A stretch of DNA of 64,000 nucleotides from Bacteroidota bacterium (GCA_039184335.1 JBCDBD010000012.1:3780-67779); one strand, 5' to 3'. Numbered from the stretch's first letter, positions 1 to 9,548 are shown. Translations and numbers: made by a program. Notes: a model not told the origin generated them from the sequence alone.

Positions 1-138
1 ACAGCATCCATCAATTCCGTCGAAGATGTGGAAGCATATATCACCATTCAAAAAAATACGGTGGAAACGGAACGGATCTTACATTCATATTTGATCAAAA
101 AAGCAGGTAAAGGTACCGCATTGGTTGCGTTCAATTAG
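1..138 (+). CDS. 3' end of an unidentified CDS (partial, runs off window start)
   Basis: Frame 1 is open from base 1 to TAG at 136..138 (...KKAGKGTALVAFN*). I do not recognise the family. Confidence 0.3.
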   Translation, partial: TASINSVEDVEAYITIQKNTVETERILHSYLIKKAGKGTALVAFN

Positions 139-160
139 CCACGAGGGATGGCCCTTTAGG

Positions 161-256
161 TCAATCTTTCATCTTTCGGTACATGCGTACCACAAACAGT
201 AGCCAAACCATAAAGATTACGGCCACAAAAATTGAATACGCTAAGATGAACTCCAT
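161..256 (-). CDS. 31-aa single-TM micro-protein (hypothetical)
   Basis: My own translation gives MEFILAYSIFVAVIFMVWLLFVVRMYRKMKD*. It has a hydrophobic helix and a basic tail. Its ATG overlaps the stop of the upstream 60-aa ORF (TAATG at 254..258). It is below the ORF-track length cutoff. Confidence 0.25.
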   Translation of the reverse strand: MEFILAYSIFVAVIFMVWLLFVVRMYRKMKD

Positions 257-438
257 TATTTTCGGTACTTAAGGTAATTCATAAAACCCAAAATGGTCGG
301 TGCCCAGAATGCAATAAAAATGGCATCCATTTTTTTTCCTGATAGGAAAAGAACTTCTGAAACTACGATGATCGAAACCACCACTAGGAGCATGATACAG
401 TTCATTACCCCCACTCTTTCAATAAATTTTCTGAACAT
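256..438 (-). CDS. 60-aa two-TM small membrane protein (hypothetical)
   Basis: ORF-track entry with two hydrophobic segments separated by GKKMD. It lies on the same strand downstream of aceA. Confidence 0.4.
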   Translation of the reverse strand: MFRKFIERVGVMNCIMLLVVVSIIVVSEVLFLSGKKMDAIFIAFWAPTILGFMNYLKYRK

Positions 439-549
439 TTAACTATAACTCGTCATGTTATTCTTCATACAAGTTATAAAATATAACGCAGGGGAAGCAC
501 AAAAAATTGTGATTTTCTTAACAATTTTACACCCTTTGTCCCAAGCCAA

Positions 550-575
550 CAAGGGCCCCATTGTAGGGGCCCTTG
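550..575 (-). terminator. GC-rich hairpin just downstream of aceA stop
   Basis: AAGGGCCCC (551..559) pairs with GGGGCCCTT (566..574) around a 6-nt loop. No clear U-tract follows on the minus strand, so terminator function is uncertain. Confidence 0.4.
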
Positions 576-598
576 TGTCATAGACCACATCGGGCTGT

Positions 599-1876
599 TT
601 AGAACTGCGCCATTTCGGTACTGCCTTTCATGGCTACCGTACTGGCCTTACCCGAGGTGATGATATTTTGTACGGTATCAAAATACCCCGTACCCACAAA
701 TGCTTGGTGTTTTATGGCTTTAAAGCCATATTGCTGCAGGGCAAATTCGCGCTGCTGCAGTTCTGAATACCCTGCCATTCCCCTTTCTTTATAAGACTTC
801 GACAGCTCGAACATGCTCGTGTTCAAGGCATGAAAGCCAGCTAGGGTGATAAACTGGAACTTATAGCCCATTTTCGCCAATTCTTCTCGAAACGTTTCCA
901 TTTCTTTTTTGCTCAATTTTGCTGCCCAATTGAAAGAGGGTGAACAGTTATAGGCCAATAGCTTATTGGGGTACTTCGCATGGATGCCTTCTGCAAATCT
1001 TTTGGCCTGTTCCAAATCTGGCGTTGAGGTTTCTAACCACAGCAAATCGGCAAAGGGAGCGTAGCTCAATCCACGGTCGATACCTTGCTCCAATCCATTT
1101 TTGACATAAAAGAACCCTTCTGGGGAACGCTCTCCGGTAAGGAACTTATGGTCACGTTCGTCAATGTCACTGGTCAAGAGATTCGCCGCATCGGCATCGG
1201 TACGTGCAATGATCAAGGTAGGTACGCCCATCACGTCAGATGCCAACCTTGCGGCAATCAATTTGTTGATTGCCTCTTGGGTGGGCACCAAGACCTTCCC
1301 TCCCAGGTGACCGCATTTTTTAGCAGAACTCAGCTGGTCTTCAAAATGTACCCCTGCAGCACCACTTTCAATCATGGACTTCATGAGTTCATAGGCATTC
1401 AAATTGCCCCCAAAACCGGCTTCGGCATCGGCAATTATGGGAACCAGGTACTCCTTTTTTTCAGCAATCCCGTTAATGACTTGAATTTGGTCGGCGCGCA
1501 ACAGTGCGCTGTTGATCCGTTTGACCACCATGGGCACACTGTTCGCGGGATATAGCGATTGATCAGGATACATTTCTCCAGACAAATTGGCATCTGCGGC
1601 CACTTGCCAACCACTCAAATAAATGGCCTCAAGACCGGCCTCGACCTCTTGAATGGCCTGGTTGCCCGTAAGTGCGCCCAGCCCTGCCACATAGTCTTGA
1701 CCGTTCAACTGTTTCCAAAGTTTTTCAGCACCAAGCCTTGCAACCGAATAATCCAAGTCGTACGACCCCCGTAGCTTGACGACCTCAGCTGCGGTGTAGG
1801 GCCGTTCGATACCTTTCCATCTTGGGTTTACTGTCCAATCGGTAACCAATTCTTGAATTTTCTCCTTTTTTTCCAT
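599..1876 (-). CDS. aceA: isocitrate lyase
   Basis: 425 aa. It carries the isocitrate lyase signature KKCGHLGGK and full-length family-like sequence. Confidence 0.95.
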   Translation of the reverse strand: MEKKEKIQELVTDWTVNPRWKGIERPYTAAEVVKLRGSYDLDYSVARLGAEKLWKQLNGQDYVAGLGALTGNQAIQEVEAGLEAIYLSGWQVAADANLSGEMYPDQSLYPANSVPMVVKRINSALLRADQIQVINGIAEKKEYLVPIIADAEAGFGGNLNAYELMKSMIESGAAGVHFEDQLSSAKKCGHLGGKVLVPTQEAINKLIAARLASDVMGVPTLIIARTDADAANLLTSDIDERDHKFLTGERSPEGFFYVKNGLEQGIDRGLSYAPFADLLWLETSTPDLEQAKRFAEGIHAKYPNKLLAYNCSPSFNWAAKLSKKEMETFREELAKMGYKFQFITLAGFHALNTSMFELSKSYKERGMAGYSELQQREFALQQYGFKAIKHQAFVGTGYFDTVQNIITSGKASTVAMKGSTEMAQF

Positions 1877-1968
1877 AATTTTAAATTTCTAATTTGAAGT
1901 AAAAATCCCATGTGATGTTTGCCCATTCTTGGGATTTTTTTGTTGTTGGCTACAACTGGTAGCACTGT

Positions 1969-3567
1969 TTAAATTTCCTTATAGGCTTTGAGTGTCAGAA
2001 ACTCTTGAAATTCCCTTGTTCTGACCAAGTCGTCAAAAAGTGCAAATGCCTTTTCAAATTTGGTGTTCTGTAGATTGCCCTCGCCCACCAAGTGCCTTAT
2101 CTTGGCCACCTCTTCATCAAAGAGTTCTTGGTATAGCGCATCCGTAAAGTTTCGCCCATCTTCCAACAGCACGTCGAATTTTCGCCATTGCCAGATCTGG
2201 GTCCTTGAAATTTCGGCAGTGGCGGCATCTTCCATAAGATGGTAGAGGGCTACACAGCCATTACCCCGTAGCCAAGATTCCAGGTATAAGATGCCAACGT
2301 TCATATTTTTGCGGATGCCTTCTTCTGTAATACTTCCCTGGGGCACAGCCATCAAATCGGCTTCTGATATGACATCATCTTCACGCAAGCGATGCAATTG
2401 GTTTGCCCCTGGCATATGCTTGTCAAATTCAGCCATGGCAACTTTGACCAATGCGGGATGTGCCACCCAGGTTCCATCATGTCCATTCTTCACCTCACGT
2501 TCCTTATCCAACCTTACCTTTTCAAGGGCAGCCCCATTGGCCACCGGATTGTCTTTAATGGGAATCTGTGCAGCCATTCCCCCCATGGCATGGATCCCCC
2601 TTTTATGGCAGCGCTGAATCACCAATGTAGAGTAGGCATCCATAAAAGGTACGGTCATGGTCACCTGATCCCTGTTGGGAAGGATAAACTGCCCATGGTT
2701 TCTCAATTTTTTGATGTAAGAGAAAATATAGTCCCAACGGCCACAATTCAAGCCTACGATATGGTTTTTCAATTCATAGATGATCTCATCCAACTGAAAG
2801 CTGGCCGTAATGGTCTCAATGAGTACCGTTGCCTTGAACGTCCCCACTGGAATACCCAAGAATTCCTCTGCGAAGGAAAAAACATCGTTCCACCATCGTG
2901 CCTCTAGATAATGTTCCAATTTGGGAAGGTAAAAATATGGGGCCGAACCCTTTGCCATCAATATTCGTGCATTGTGGTATACATAAAGGCCAAAGTCTAC
3001 CAAACTGCCAGAAACCGCTTCCCCATCGATTAAAATATGGCGTTCGTTGAGGTGTAATCCCCTAGGTCTTACCAAAAGCACGGCAACCTGGTCGTTAAGT
3101 TCGTACGACTTATCCCTTTTGGGATCATAATAGGCTATCGTTCCCCTATTGGCATCCAATAAATTCTGCTGCCCCTGCATACAATTGTCCCAAGTGGGGG
3201 CGTTGCTGTCCTCAAAATCAGCCATAAAGGTCTTGGCTCCAGAGTTCAGGGCGTTGATGACCATCTTTCGATCCACCGGACCGGTGATCTCGACCCTTCT
3301 ATCTTGCAGGTCTTTGGGAATATAGGCTACTTGCCAGTCTGTCTTGCGGGTTTGCTCGGTCTCTTTTGGAAAAGTGGGAAAAATTCCGCTGTCAAACGCG
3401 ACCTGTTGCTTTAGGCGCTCATGCAATAGCTGCAATCGAGACCTGTCGAACTTTTTGTGCAGTTCAATCAAAAACTCCAAAGCGGCATCGGTCAGCAATT
3501 CTGGGTAATAGGTAGTAACCCCTTTTGAAAACTGTAATTCTGTTCGTGTAATCAATGTGTCTTCCAT
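1969..3567 (-). CDS. aceB: malate synthase A
   Basis: 532 aa. The MADFEDSNAPTW and GLNCGRWDYIFS regions are typical of malate synthase A. It lies directly upstream of aceA on the same strand. Confidence 0.95.
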   Translation of the reverse strand: MEDTLITRTELQFSKGVTTYYPELLTDAALEFLIELHKKFDRSRLQLLHERLKQQVAFDSGIFPTFPKETEQTRKTDWQVAYIPKDLQDRRVEITGPVDRKMVINALNSGAKTFMADFEDSNAPTWDNCMQGQQNLLDANRGTIAYYDPKRDKSYELNDQVAVLLVRPRGLHLNERHILIDGEAVSGSLVDFGLYVYHNARILMAKGSAPYFYLPKLEHYLEARWWNDVFSFAEEFLGIPVGTFKATVLIETITASFQLDEIIYELKNHIVGLNCGRWDYIFSYIKKLRNHGQFILPNRDQVTMTVPFMDAYSTLVIQRCHKRGIHAMGGMAAQIPIKDNPVANGAALEKVRLDKEREVKNGHDGTWVAHPALVKVAMAEFDKHMPGANQLHRLREDDVISEADLMAVPQGSITEEGIRKNMNVGILYLESWLRGNGCVALYHLMEDAATAEISRTQIWQWRKFDVLLEDGRNFTDALYQELFDEEVAKIRHLVGEGNLQNTKFEKAFALFDDLVRTREFQEFLTLKAYKEI

Positions 3568-3574
3568 GGCAAAT

Positions 3575-3582
3575 CAAATTTA
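3575..3582 (-). promoter_or_regulatory. candidate Bacteroidota -7 promoter box for aceB
   Basis: The minus strand reads TAAATTTG, matching the TAnnTTTG consensus. It ends 7 nt before the aceB ATG, which implies a very short leader. Confidence 0.35.
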
Positions 3583-3603
3583 TACGGACAATGTTAGGAT
3601 ATA

Positions 3604-3632
3604 TTTTTCGAAAAAACAAGCGAACGTTCGCT
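3604..3632. promoter_or_regulatory. two adjacent perfect palindromes (candidate operator sites)
   Basis: TTTTTCGAAAAA at 3604..3615 and AGCGAACGTTCGCT at 3619..3632. Both lie in the 103-bp divergent aceB/regulator intergenic region. Confidence 0.4.
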
Positions 3633-3670
3633 AATTTTAAATAGTACGCTATTTTTAACATATTCGCAAA

Positions 3671-5170
3671 ATGGACTATCTTTGCTCGCACATCATGGAA
3701 GACGAATACATTAAACTGGTCTTTGGCCTAAAGCTCAAACAACTACGGGTAAAAAAAAACCTGTCCCTTTTCGGACTGTCGAAGTTGACCGGTTTGTCAA
3801 AATCGTACCTTAACGAGATTGAAAAGGGAAAAAAATACCCCAAGACCGATAAGATTGCACTACTTGCCGAAAAACTTCAGGTACCCTATGACAATCTGGT
3901 CTCCCTAAAACTGGACAAAAACCTTGCCCCTATTGGGGAACTGTTACAATCCAAGGTCCTGAAAGAACTTCCCTTAGACCTATTTGGCATCAAAGAAGGG
4001 GACCTCATCGATATTGTGGCCAATGCCCCCACAAAAGTCAATGCCTTTATCAGCACAGTCATTGAAATTGCCAAGCACTATAACTTCGGCAGGGAGAGTT
4101 TTTACCTCGCCGCTGTGCGATCTTACCAAGAGGCCAACCAAAATTTTTTTCCTGAACTGGAAGAAACCGTATTAAAATTTGCAGAAGCCTATCAGATCGA
4201 TCTTGGCCGATCGGTCCATTCTGCTGAACTGGAAGAAATTCTTGTGGAGGAGTATGGGTATATCATCAACAATGAAGAGCTCACCAAATACCAAGAGCTC
4301 GACAATCTGAGGTCCATTTTTGTACCCAAGACCAAGACCTTGCTCGTGGCCAGCCATATTGATGAACCCCAGCGTACCTTTATCTATGCCAAGGAACTGG
4401 GATACAATTTTATGAACATCAAAGAACGGCTCTACACCTTCACATGGATAAAGTTTGATAATTTTGACCAAGTGCTCCACAATCTGTTTGCCTCTTATTT
4501 TGCCGGTGCCCTCATCATCCCCAGACAATTGTTTACCACGCACATTGACAAATTTTTGGACAAACCCCAATTGGACAAAACCTTTTTAAGTGGCATCAAA
4601 AACCGTTACAATGCTTCCCCGGAATCTTTGTACCAAAGATTGACCAATATTTTGCCTACAGACTATCATTTGGAGAATCTCTTTTTTCTGCGTTTTGGAT
4701 ATCAAAAAGGAAGTCAACGGTATCATCTGAACAAAGAACTGCACCTGACCCACCAACATTCGCCACATGGCAACGAGGCAAATGAAAAATACTGCCGCAG
4801 GTGGGCCTCCATTCGTGTTTTACAGGAAATCTCAAAAAACGAGGGGGAACATCACATGGACGTGCAAATCTCACACTATCCCGATGATGGTCTTTCTTAT
4901 CTCATTTTGGCATCGGCCACCAAAGACCCATTCAAGCAAGATTCGTATCGCAGTGTAAGTATCGGTCTACTTATCAACAACCCATTACGGAAAAAGGTAA
5001 AATTTCTGGACGACCCAGCCATACAGACCTTTGATGTCGGTGTTACCTGCGAGCGATGTTCCATCAACAATTGTGAAGTGCGCCAGAGTCCACCAACCAT
5101 CTTACAACAACAGGAAAAGAACAAAAAGACCGAAAACGTGGTCAAGTCCCTCCAGAAAAAACTTGGTTAA
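3671..5170 (+). CDS. XRE-family transcriptional regulator, RamB/ScfR/PrpR-like (HTH + ImmA/IrrE-type domain + C-terminal Cys-containing domain)
   Basis: The N-terminal HTH_XRE region reads LKQLRVKKNLSLFGLSKLTGLSKSYLNEIEKGKKYP. The long C-terminal extension contains CERCSINNC. The gene is divergent from aceBA. The alternative start at 3695 is probably the real one. Confidence 0.75.
   Translation: MDYLCSHIMEDEYIKLVFGLKLKQLRVKKNLSLFGLSKLTGLSKSYLNEIEKGKKYPKTDKIALLAEKLQVPYDNLVSLKLDKNLAPIGELLQSKVLKELPLDLFGIKEGDLIDIVANAPTKVNAFISTVIEIAKHYNFGRESFYLAAVRSYQEANQNFFPELEETVLKFAEAYQIDLGRSVHSAELEEILVEEYGYIINNEELTKYQELDNLRSIFVPKTKTLLVASHIDEPQRTFIYAKELGYNFMNIKERLYTFTWIKFDNFDQVLHNLFASYFAGALIIPRQLFTTHIDKFLDKPQLDKTFLSGIKNRYNASPESLYQRLTNILPTDYHLENLFFLRFGYQKGSQRYHLNKELHLTHQHSPHGNEANEKYCRRWASIRVLQEISKNEGEHHMDVQISHYPDDGLSYLILASATKDPFKQDSYRSVSIGLLINNPLRKKVKFLDDPAIQTFDVGVTCERCSINNCEVRQSPPTILQQQEKNKKTENVVKSLQKKLG
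3677..3684 (+). promoter_or_regulatory. candidate -7 promoter box for the XRE regulator gene
   Basis: TATCTTTG matches TAnnTTTG. It sits inside the first codons of the track ORF. If functional, the true start is the ATG at 3695 (MEDEYIKL...). Confidence 0.3.
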
Positions 5171-5976
5171 CCGTTCACGGTCAACAACACCTTAAATCGG
5201 GCATCACCATTCAGGTACTGAAACCCGGTATGCAGATCACGTTGTTCAACGGCATATGGATAAAAGGAGATGGGTTCGATGCAAACCATATTGCGCACTT
5301 CTGTCCAGAGCATAAAATGCCCAAAACCTTCTGTAGCAATGCTAATGTCTTTCTTATCTTTTAGGGTAATCTTGGAACAATCAGCTACCTGGAATGCTCT
5401 ACCGCCCACGGCCAACACTTCATCCAAGGTAATCTCTTTCTGGTCGGTTACGATAACCGGATCCCCAACATGCAGTTTAAAGGCCGGATGGTACCCCAGC
5501 ATAAAGGGCATCTCTTTTTCCCCTGATACTACAAAGCCAATTTCAAGACCGTTTTCCGTTAGTTCAAAAGATTTTTCAAAACTGAAGCTGTAGGGCCATA
5601 CCAGGCGCTGCTTATCAGAGTTCCCAGGGAATTTCGAGTTGATGATCGGGGTGCCCGCCTTATAGTCTTTTTGAAACACAGCCGTAGTTTCAGTTTGGGA
5701 AACCAGCACATAGTCAAGTTCACGCAGCAGGCCATGCTGATCTTGAATTGCTGTGGCCCTTGGCACCTGCACACGAAAACCAGCTTCATTTACCGGCCCG
5801 ATGATGGGAAACATCTCGGTATCGGCACTTCGCCAACCCGGACTTCCCTTTTGATGAATACATTCATGGGCATTGACTTTATAGCCGACCAATTCCCCTT
5901 GGTCAATGGAGACTTTTTGATTGCTTGACTGTAATTGTATCATTTTGGTTATTGATTGCTGGGTCTTTAGATCCAT
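5167..5976 (-). CDS. aldose 1-epimerase family protein
   Basis: 269 aa. The GYHPAF motif and overall mutarotase-like pattern support the call. Confidence 0.7.
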   Translation of the reverse strand: MDLKTQQSITKMIQLQSSNQKVSIDQGELVGYKVNAHECIHQKGSPGWRSADTEMFPIIGPVNEAGFRVQVPRATAIQDQHGLLRELDYVLVSQTETTAVFQKDYKAGTPIINSKFPGNSDKQRLVWPYSFSFEKSFELTENGLEIGFVVSGEKEMPFMLGYHPAFKLHVGDPVIVTDQKEITLDEVLAVGGRAFQVADCSKITLKDKKDISIATEGFGHFMLWTEVRNMVCIEPISFYPYAVEQRDLHTGFQYLNGDARFKVLLTVNG

Positions 5977-6055
5977 AGTGTTGCTCTTTGGGTCAAGGCC
6001 GCTATGGTTTTGAGATTGAACGTCTCAAATTTTTTGAGCCTGAAGATACCAAAAT

Positions 6056-7036
6056 CTAATCGATAAATCCTTGGGCGCGCATCCATTCGTCATTGAACAT
6101 TTTGCCTACATAACGGCTACCATGGTCGTGGAACAGCACGACTACCACATCATCTTTCTTAAAATGGTCCCTTAGCTGTAAAACCCCCTTGATGGCAGCG
6201 CCTGCCGAATTGCCCAAAAACATACCTTCTTCCTTGGCCAACCGTTGGGTGTATACCGCAGCGTCTTTGTCAGTCACTTTTGTAAAACCATCGATAATGT
6301 CAAAGTTGACATTTTTGGGCAGTATATCTTCCCCGATGCCCTCGGTAATATAAGGGTAGATTTCATTCTCATCGAACACCCCGGTTTCATGGTATTTTTT
6401 AAATACCGATCCATACGTGTCAACCCCCCATACCTTCACCTTGGGGTTTTGTGCTTTCAAATAACTCCCTACTCCTGAAATGGTACCCCCAGTTCCGACA
6501 CCGACTACAAAATGGGTTACCTTGCCGGCCGTCTGCTGCCAAATTTCAGGACCCGTACTCTGGTAGTGCGCTTTACTATTAGATGGGTTATCGTATTGGT
6601 TCACATACCACGAATTGGGTATCTCGGTCGCCAAACGCCTAGCGGTAGAATAATAGCTTTGCGGATCATCTGGGGCTACATCGGTCGGACAAACGTGCAC
6701 TTCACTGCCCACAGCCTTGAGAATATCCATTTTCTCTTTTGACTGTTTATCGCTCATCACACAGATCATGCGATAGCCCTTAACAATAGCCGCCAAGGCC
6801 AGCCCCATGCCCGTATTGCCCGAGGTGCCCTCAATGATGGTACCCCCGGGTTTTAATATGCCAGCAGCCTCAGCATCTTCTACCATCTGCAGTGCCATAC
6901 GGTCTTTGACCGAGTTGCCCGGATTAAATGTTTCATATTTAGCCAATACCAAACAGGGCAGTTCAGCAGTCAGGGCATTGATTTTCACCAAAGGCGTATT
7001 ACCAATGGTTTCCAAGATATTCTTTGCATATTCCAT
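6056..7036 (-). CDS. PLP-dependent cysteine synthase / cystathionine beta-synthase family protein
   Basis: It has the SVKDR PLP-lysine motif and the GTSGNTG glycine loop. I trimmed the start to M30 of the track ORF (cat at 7034..7036) because the longer form overlaps the upstream permease gene. Confidence 0.85.
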   Translation of the reverse strand: MEYAKNILETIGNTPLVKINALTAELPCLVLAKYETFNPGNSVKDRMALQMVEDAEAAGILKPGGTIIEGTSGNTGMGLALAAIVKGYRMICVMSDKQSKEKMDILKAVGSEVHVCPTDVAPDDPQSYYSTARRLATEIPNSWYVNQYDNPSNSKAHYQSTGPEIWQQTAGKVTHFVVGVGTGGTISGVGSYLKAQNPKVKVWGVDTYGSVFKKYHETGVFDENEIYPYITEGIGEDILPKNVNFDIIDGFTKVTDKDAAVYTQRLAKEEGMFLGNSAGAAIKGVLQLRDHFKKDDVVVVLFHDHGSRYVGKMFNDEWMRAQGFID

Positions 7037-7076
7037 ACTGCCGCAAAGATAGCTGTTACCCATAAATTTTTGTGCG

Positions 7077-8318
7077 CTACTCGAACTTAATGGCCCTGAC
7101 CGGCGTAATTTTGGTAATGGCATAAGATGGTACCAACAACATGAGCAGACATAGTGCCATCACCCCAAAATTCAGTAAGAGCACCGTACCGATATCAATA
7201 TGTACGGGAACATATTCAATGTAATATTCTTCAGGATTGGGAAACTTTAAAAATCGATAGTTTTGCTGCAATAGCAGCAGACCCATACCAATACCATTGC
7301 CCCATAACAGACCGATCCCGATCAAATAGGCTGCATTGTACAAAAACACCTTTCGTATGCTCCAATTTGCTGAGCCCAATGCCTTGAGTATGCCAATCAT
7401 TTGGGTCCGTTCCAGTATCAACACCAACAAAGCGGTAATCATATTGATCCCGCCCACAACAATCATAATACCGATAATAAGCGCAATATTAAAATCGAAG
7501 AGACCGATCCATTCAAAAATCTTATAATATTTGTTCTTGATGTTTTGGGTGTCTAAGGTAGATTGGGTCTTCCCATATATTTCATTGCTTTTTTGGTCAA
7601 TCAGATCAAAATCTTCCAAAAAGACCTCGAAATTACCAACTTCATCGGCCTTCCATTTGTTCATTCGTTGAATGTGTCGAATATCGACAAACACATAATC
7701 TCGATCCAATTCCTCAAATCCGCTCTCATAAATTCCAACAATCTTGAACTTTCTGTTGTTGGGTACTTTCGAGGGGTCATCGTCTTTGAGAAAAACCGCA
7801 AAAAAATCATCTCCAGACCGTAATTGCAACAGGTTCGCCTTCAAGCTTGAAACAAGCACCTCATCATTTAATTCGCCCGAATAATCGGGCAGTCTACCCT
7901 CGACCAGGTATTCTTCAAAAAAAGACCAATTGTAGTCCTTGCCCACCCCTTTGGCCAACATGCCCTCAAAAGTGTCTTCGGTTCTGATGATACCACCTTT
8001 GGTGGCCACTGCCTGTACATGCAAAATACCGTCGACATCCTTAAACTCCGGATAAAAGTCCTGTTGCAGTGAAACGGGCACCACCGAAACCTCAGAGGTG
8101 TTGTTATCGTAATTAAAAATTTGGATATGCCCATTGAACGCAGCCACTTTTTCCCTGATCTTATACTTGAGCCCGACACCGGTCGTAATAGCAACCAACA
8201 TCATCACTACACCGATGGCAATGGCCGCTATGGCTATTTTTATTATCGGGGCAGAAATACTAATTTTATGCTCCTTCCCTGTAATCAGGCGTTTGGCAAT
8301 AAACAACTCTAAATTCAA
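7077..8318 (-). CDS. ABC transporter permease, FtsX/LolC-E family
   Basis: 413 aa. It has an N-terminal TM, a large periplasmic loop and a C-terminal FtsX-like 3-TM bundle (ILKALGS motif). Confidence 0.85.
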   Translation of the reverse strand: MNLELFIAKRLITGKEHKISISAPIIKIAIAAIAIGVVMMLVAITTGVGLKYKIREKVAAFNGHIQIFNYDNNTSEVSVVPVSLQQDFYPEFKDVDGILHVQAVATKGGIIRTEDTFEGMLAKGVGKDYNWSFFEEYLVEGRLPDYSGELNDEVLVSSLKANLLQLRSGDDFFAVFLKDDDPSKVPNNRKFKIVGIYESGFEELDRDYVFVDIRHIQRMNKWKADEVGNFEVFLEDFDLIDQKSNEIYGKTQSTLDTQNIKNKYYKIFEWIGLFDFNIALIIGIMIVVGGINMITALLVLILERTQMIGILKALGSANWSIRKVFLYNAAYLIGIGLLWGNGIGMGLLLLQQNYRFLKFPNPEEYYIEYVPVHIDIGTVLLLNFGVMALCLLMLLVPSYAITKITPVRAIKFE

Positions 8319-8321
8319 CGG

Positions 8322-9548
8322 ATGCCTCTTTTATCGATGTTCAAAAGTACAGTTTTCTTATTGGTTTTTGTTGTCTCTGCTTGTGGGCAACACCCCAAAC
8401 AAGATGCTGCCCAAAGGCTTGAAAATAAAAATGACACCGTGGGTAACGTCATCGTAGGGGCCAATCGTACCAAAATGTACTTGCCATTGCTCAAAGGCCT
8501 CCATGTGGCCATTGTGGCCAACCCAACCAGTGTGGTCTTTACGAAAAAAGGGTATACCCATGTGGTGGACACCCTTTTGGCAAGGGGGATTCAGGTACAA
8601 AAGGTATTCGCCCCGGAACACGGGTTTCGCGGCAAGGCTGACGCAGGGGAAAAGATACCCGATGGAACGGATACCAAAACAGGACTTCCCCTTATCTCAC
8701 TGTATGGAAAAAATCGAAAACCTACTCCTGAACAACTTGAAGGGTTGGATATGGTGGTATTTGATATTCAAGATGTGGGCGTACGCTTTTACACCTATAT
8801 TGCGACCCTGCAATTGGTCATGGAAGCCTGTGCTGAAAAAGGAATTCCGGTTATGGTCTTTGACCGTCCAAATCCGAATGGGCATTATGTGGATGGCCCT
8901 ACGATGAAAGCTCGACATACCAGTTTTTTGGGCATGACCGAAATTCCGCTGGTCTATGGCATGACCATCGGTGAATATGCGAAGATGATCAATGAAGAGG
9001 GTTGGCTGGCACATGGCAAAAAAGCAGCTTTGCACATCATCACTATAAAGAACTATACCCATGCAACCCCTTATTCTTTACCCGTTCGACCTTCACCGAA
9101 CCTACCGAATGACACTGCCATCAATCTCTACCCCAGTTTAGGACTGTTTGAAGGCACCCATGTCAATGCCGGTCGCGGCACTGAATTTCAGTTTCAGCGC
9201 TATGGTGCCACTTTCTTGGATAGTACCGTGTTCAGCTTTACATATAGGCCCCAACCCAATTTTGGATCCAAGCATCCAAAGGAAGAAGGAAAAACCTGCT
9301 ATGGCGAAAATTTGTCAGAACAACCCAAGATGGGTGCCGTCTCTTTGCAATGGCTGATCAAGGCATACCAAAACGCAACAGATGGCACCAGGTTCTTCAA
9401 AACCGATTCCTTTACCAAACATGCGGGTACCGAAATATTGCGACAACAAATTGAACAGGGGCTGTCAGCGAAAGAAATCAAAGTTTCTTGGCAACCTGAA
9501 CTTGACCGTTTTAGGGCTATCCGAGAAAAATACCTGATTTATGATTGA
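8322..9548 (+). CDS. DUF1343 family protein (NamZ-like exo-beta-N-acetylmuramidase)
   Basis: 408 aa. The VVFDIQDVGVRFYTYI block is typical of DUF1343. A lipoprotein-like signal (VVSAC) is present. The start may be M6 at 8337. Confidence 0.8.
   Translation: MPLLSMFKSTVFLLVFVVSACGQHPKQDAAQRLENKNDTVGNVIVGANRTKMYLPLLKGLHVAIVANPTSVVFTKKGYTHVVDTLLARGIQVQKVFAPEHGFRGKADAGEKIPDGTDTKTGLPLISLYGKNRKPTPEQLEGLDMVVFDIQDVGVRFYTYIATLQLVMEACAEKGIPVMVFDRPNPNGHYVDGPTMKARHTSFLGMTEIPLVYGMTIGEYAKMINEEGWLAHGKKAALHIITIKNYTHATPYSLPVRPSPNLPNDTAINLYPSLGLFEGTHVNAGRGTEFQFQRYGATFLDSTVFSFTYRPQPNFGSKHPKEEGKTCYGENLSEQPKMGAVSLQWLIKAYQNATDGTRFFKTDSFTKHAGTEILRQQIEQGLSAKEIKVSWQPELDRFRAIREKYLIYD

Noticed and set aside
1901-1939. 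An AAAAATCCCA ... TGGGATTTTT inverted repeat lies between aceB and aceA.
   Set aside because: The stem is AT-rich with a 19-nt loop. It could be a weak intra-operon attenuator, but it is too weak to call from sequence alone.
1085-2907. Long plus-strand ORFs (1085..1555, 1559..1774, 2291..2617, 2392..2907) lie inside aceA and aceB.
   Set aside because: They sit antisense to strongly supported genes and have low-complexity, Cys/His/Pro-rich compositions with no recognisable motifs. These are typical shadow ORFs.
7037-7123. An N-terminal extension of the cysteine synthase/CBS-like ORF.
   Set aside because: It overlaps the 3' end of the upstream permease gene. The family N-terminus begins at MEYAKNILETIGNTPL.
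8315-8340. The start codons of the FtsX permease (8318, minus) and the DUF1343 gene (8322, plus) are only 3 nt apart.
   Set aside because: This is probably an annotation artefact rather than biology. The DUF1343 protein has a better lipoprotein-type start at M6 (8337). Even then the promoters must lie within the neighbouring coding sequences. I saw nothing further to support a special regulatory structure.
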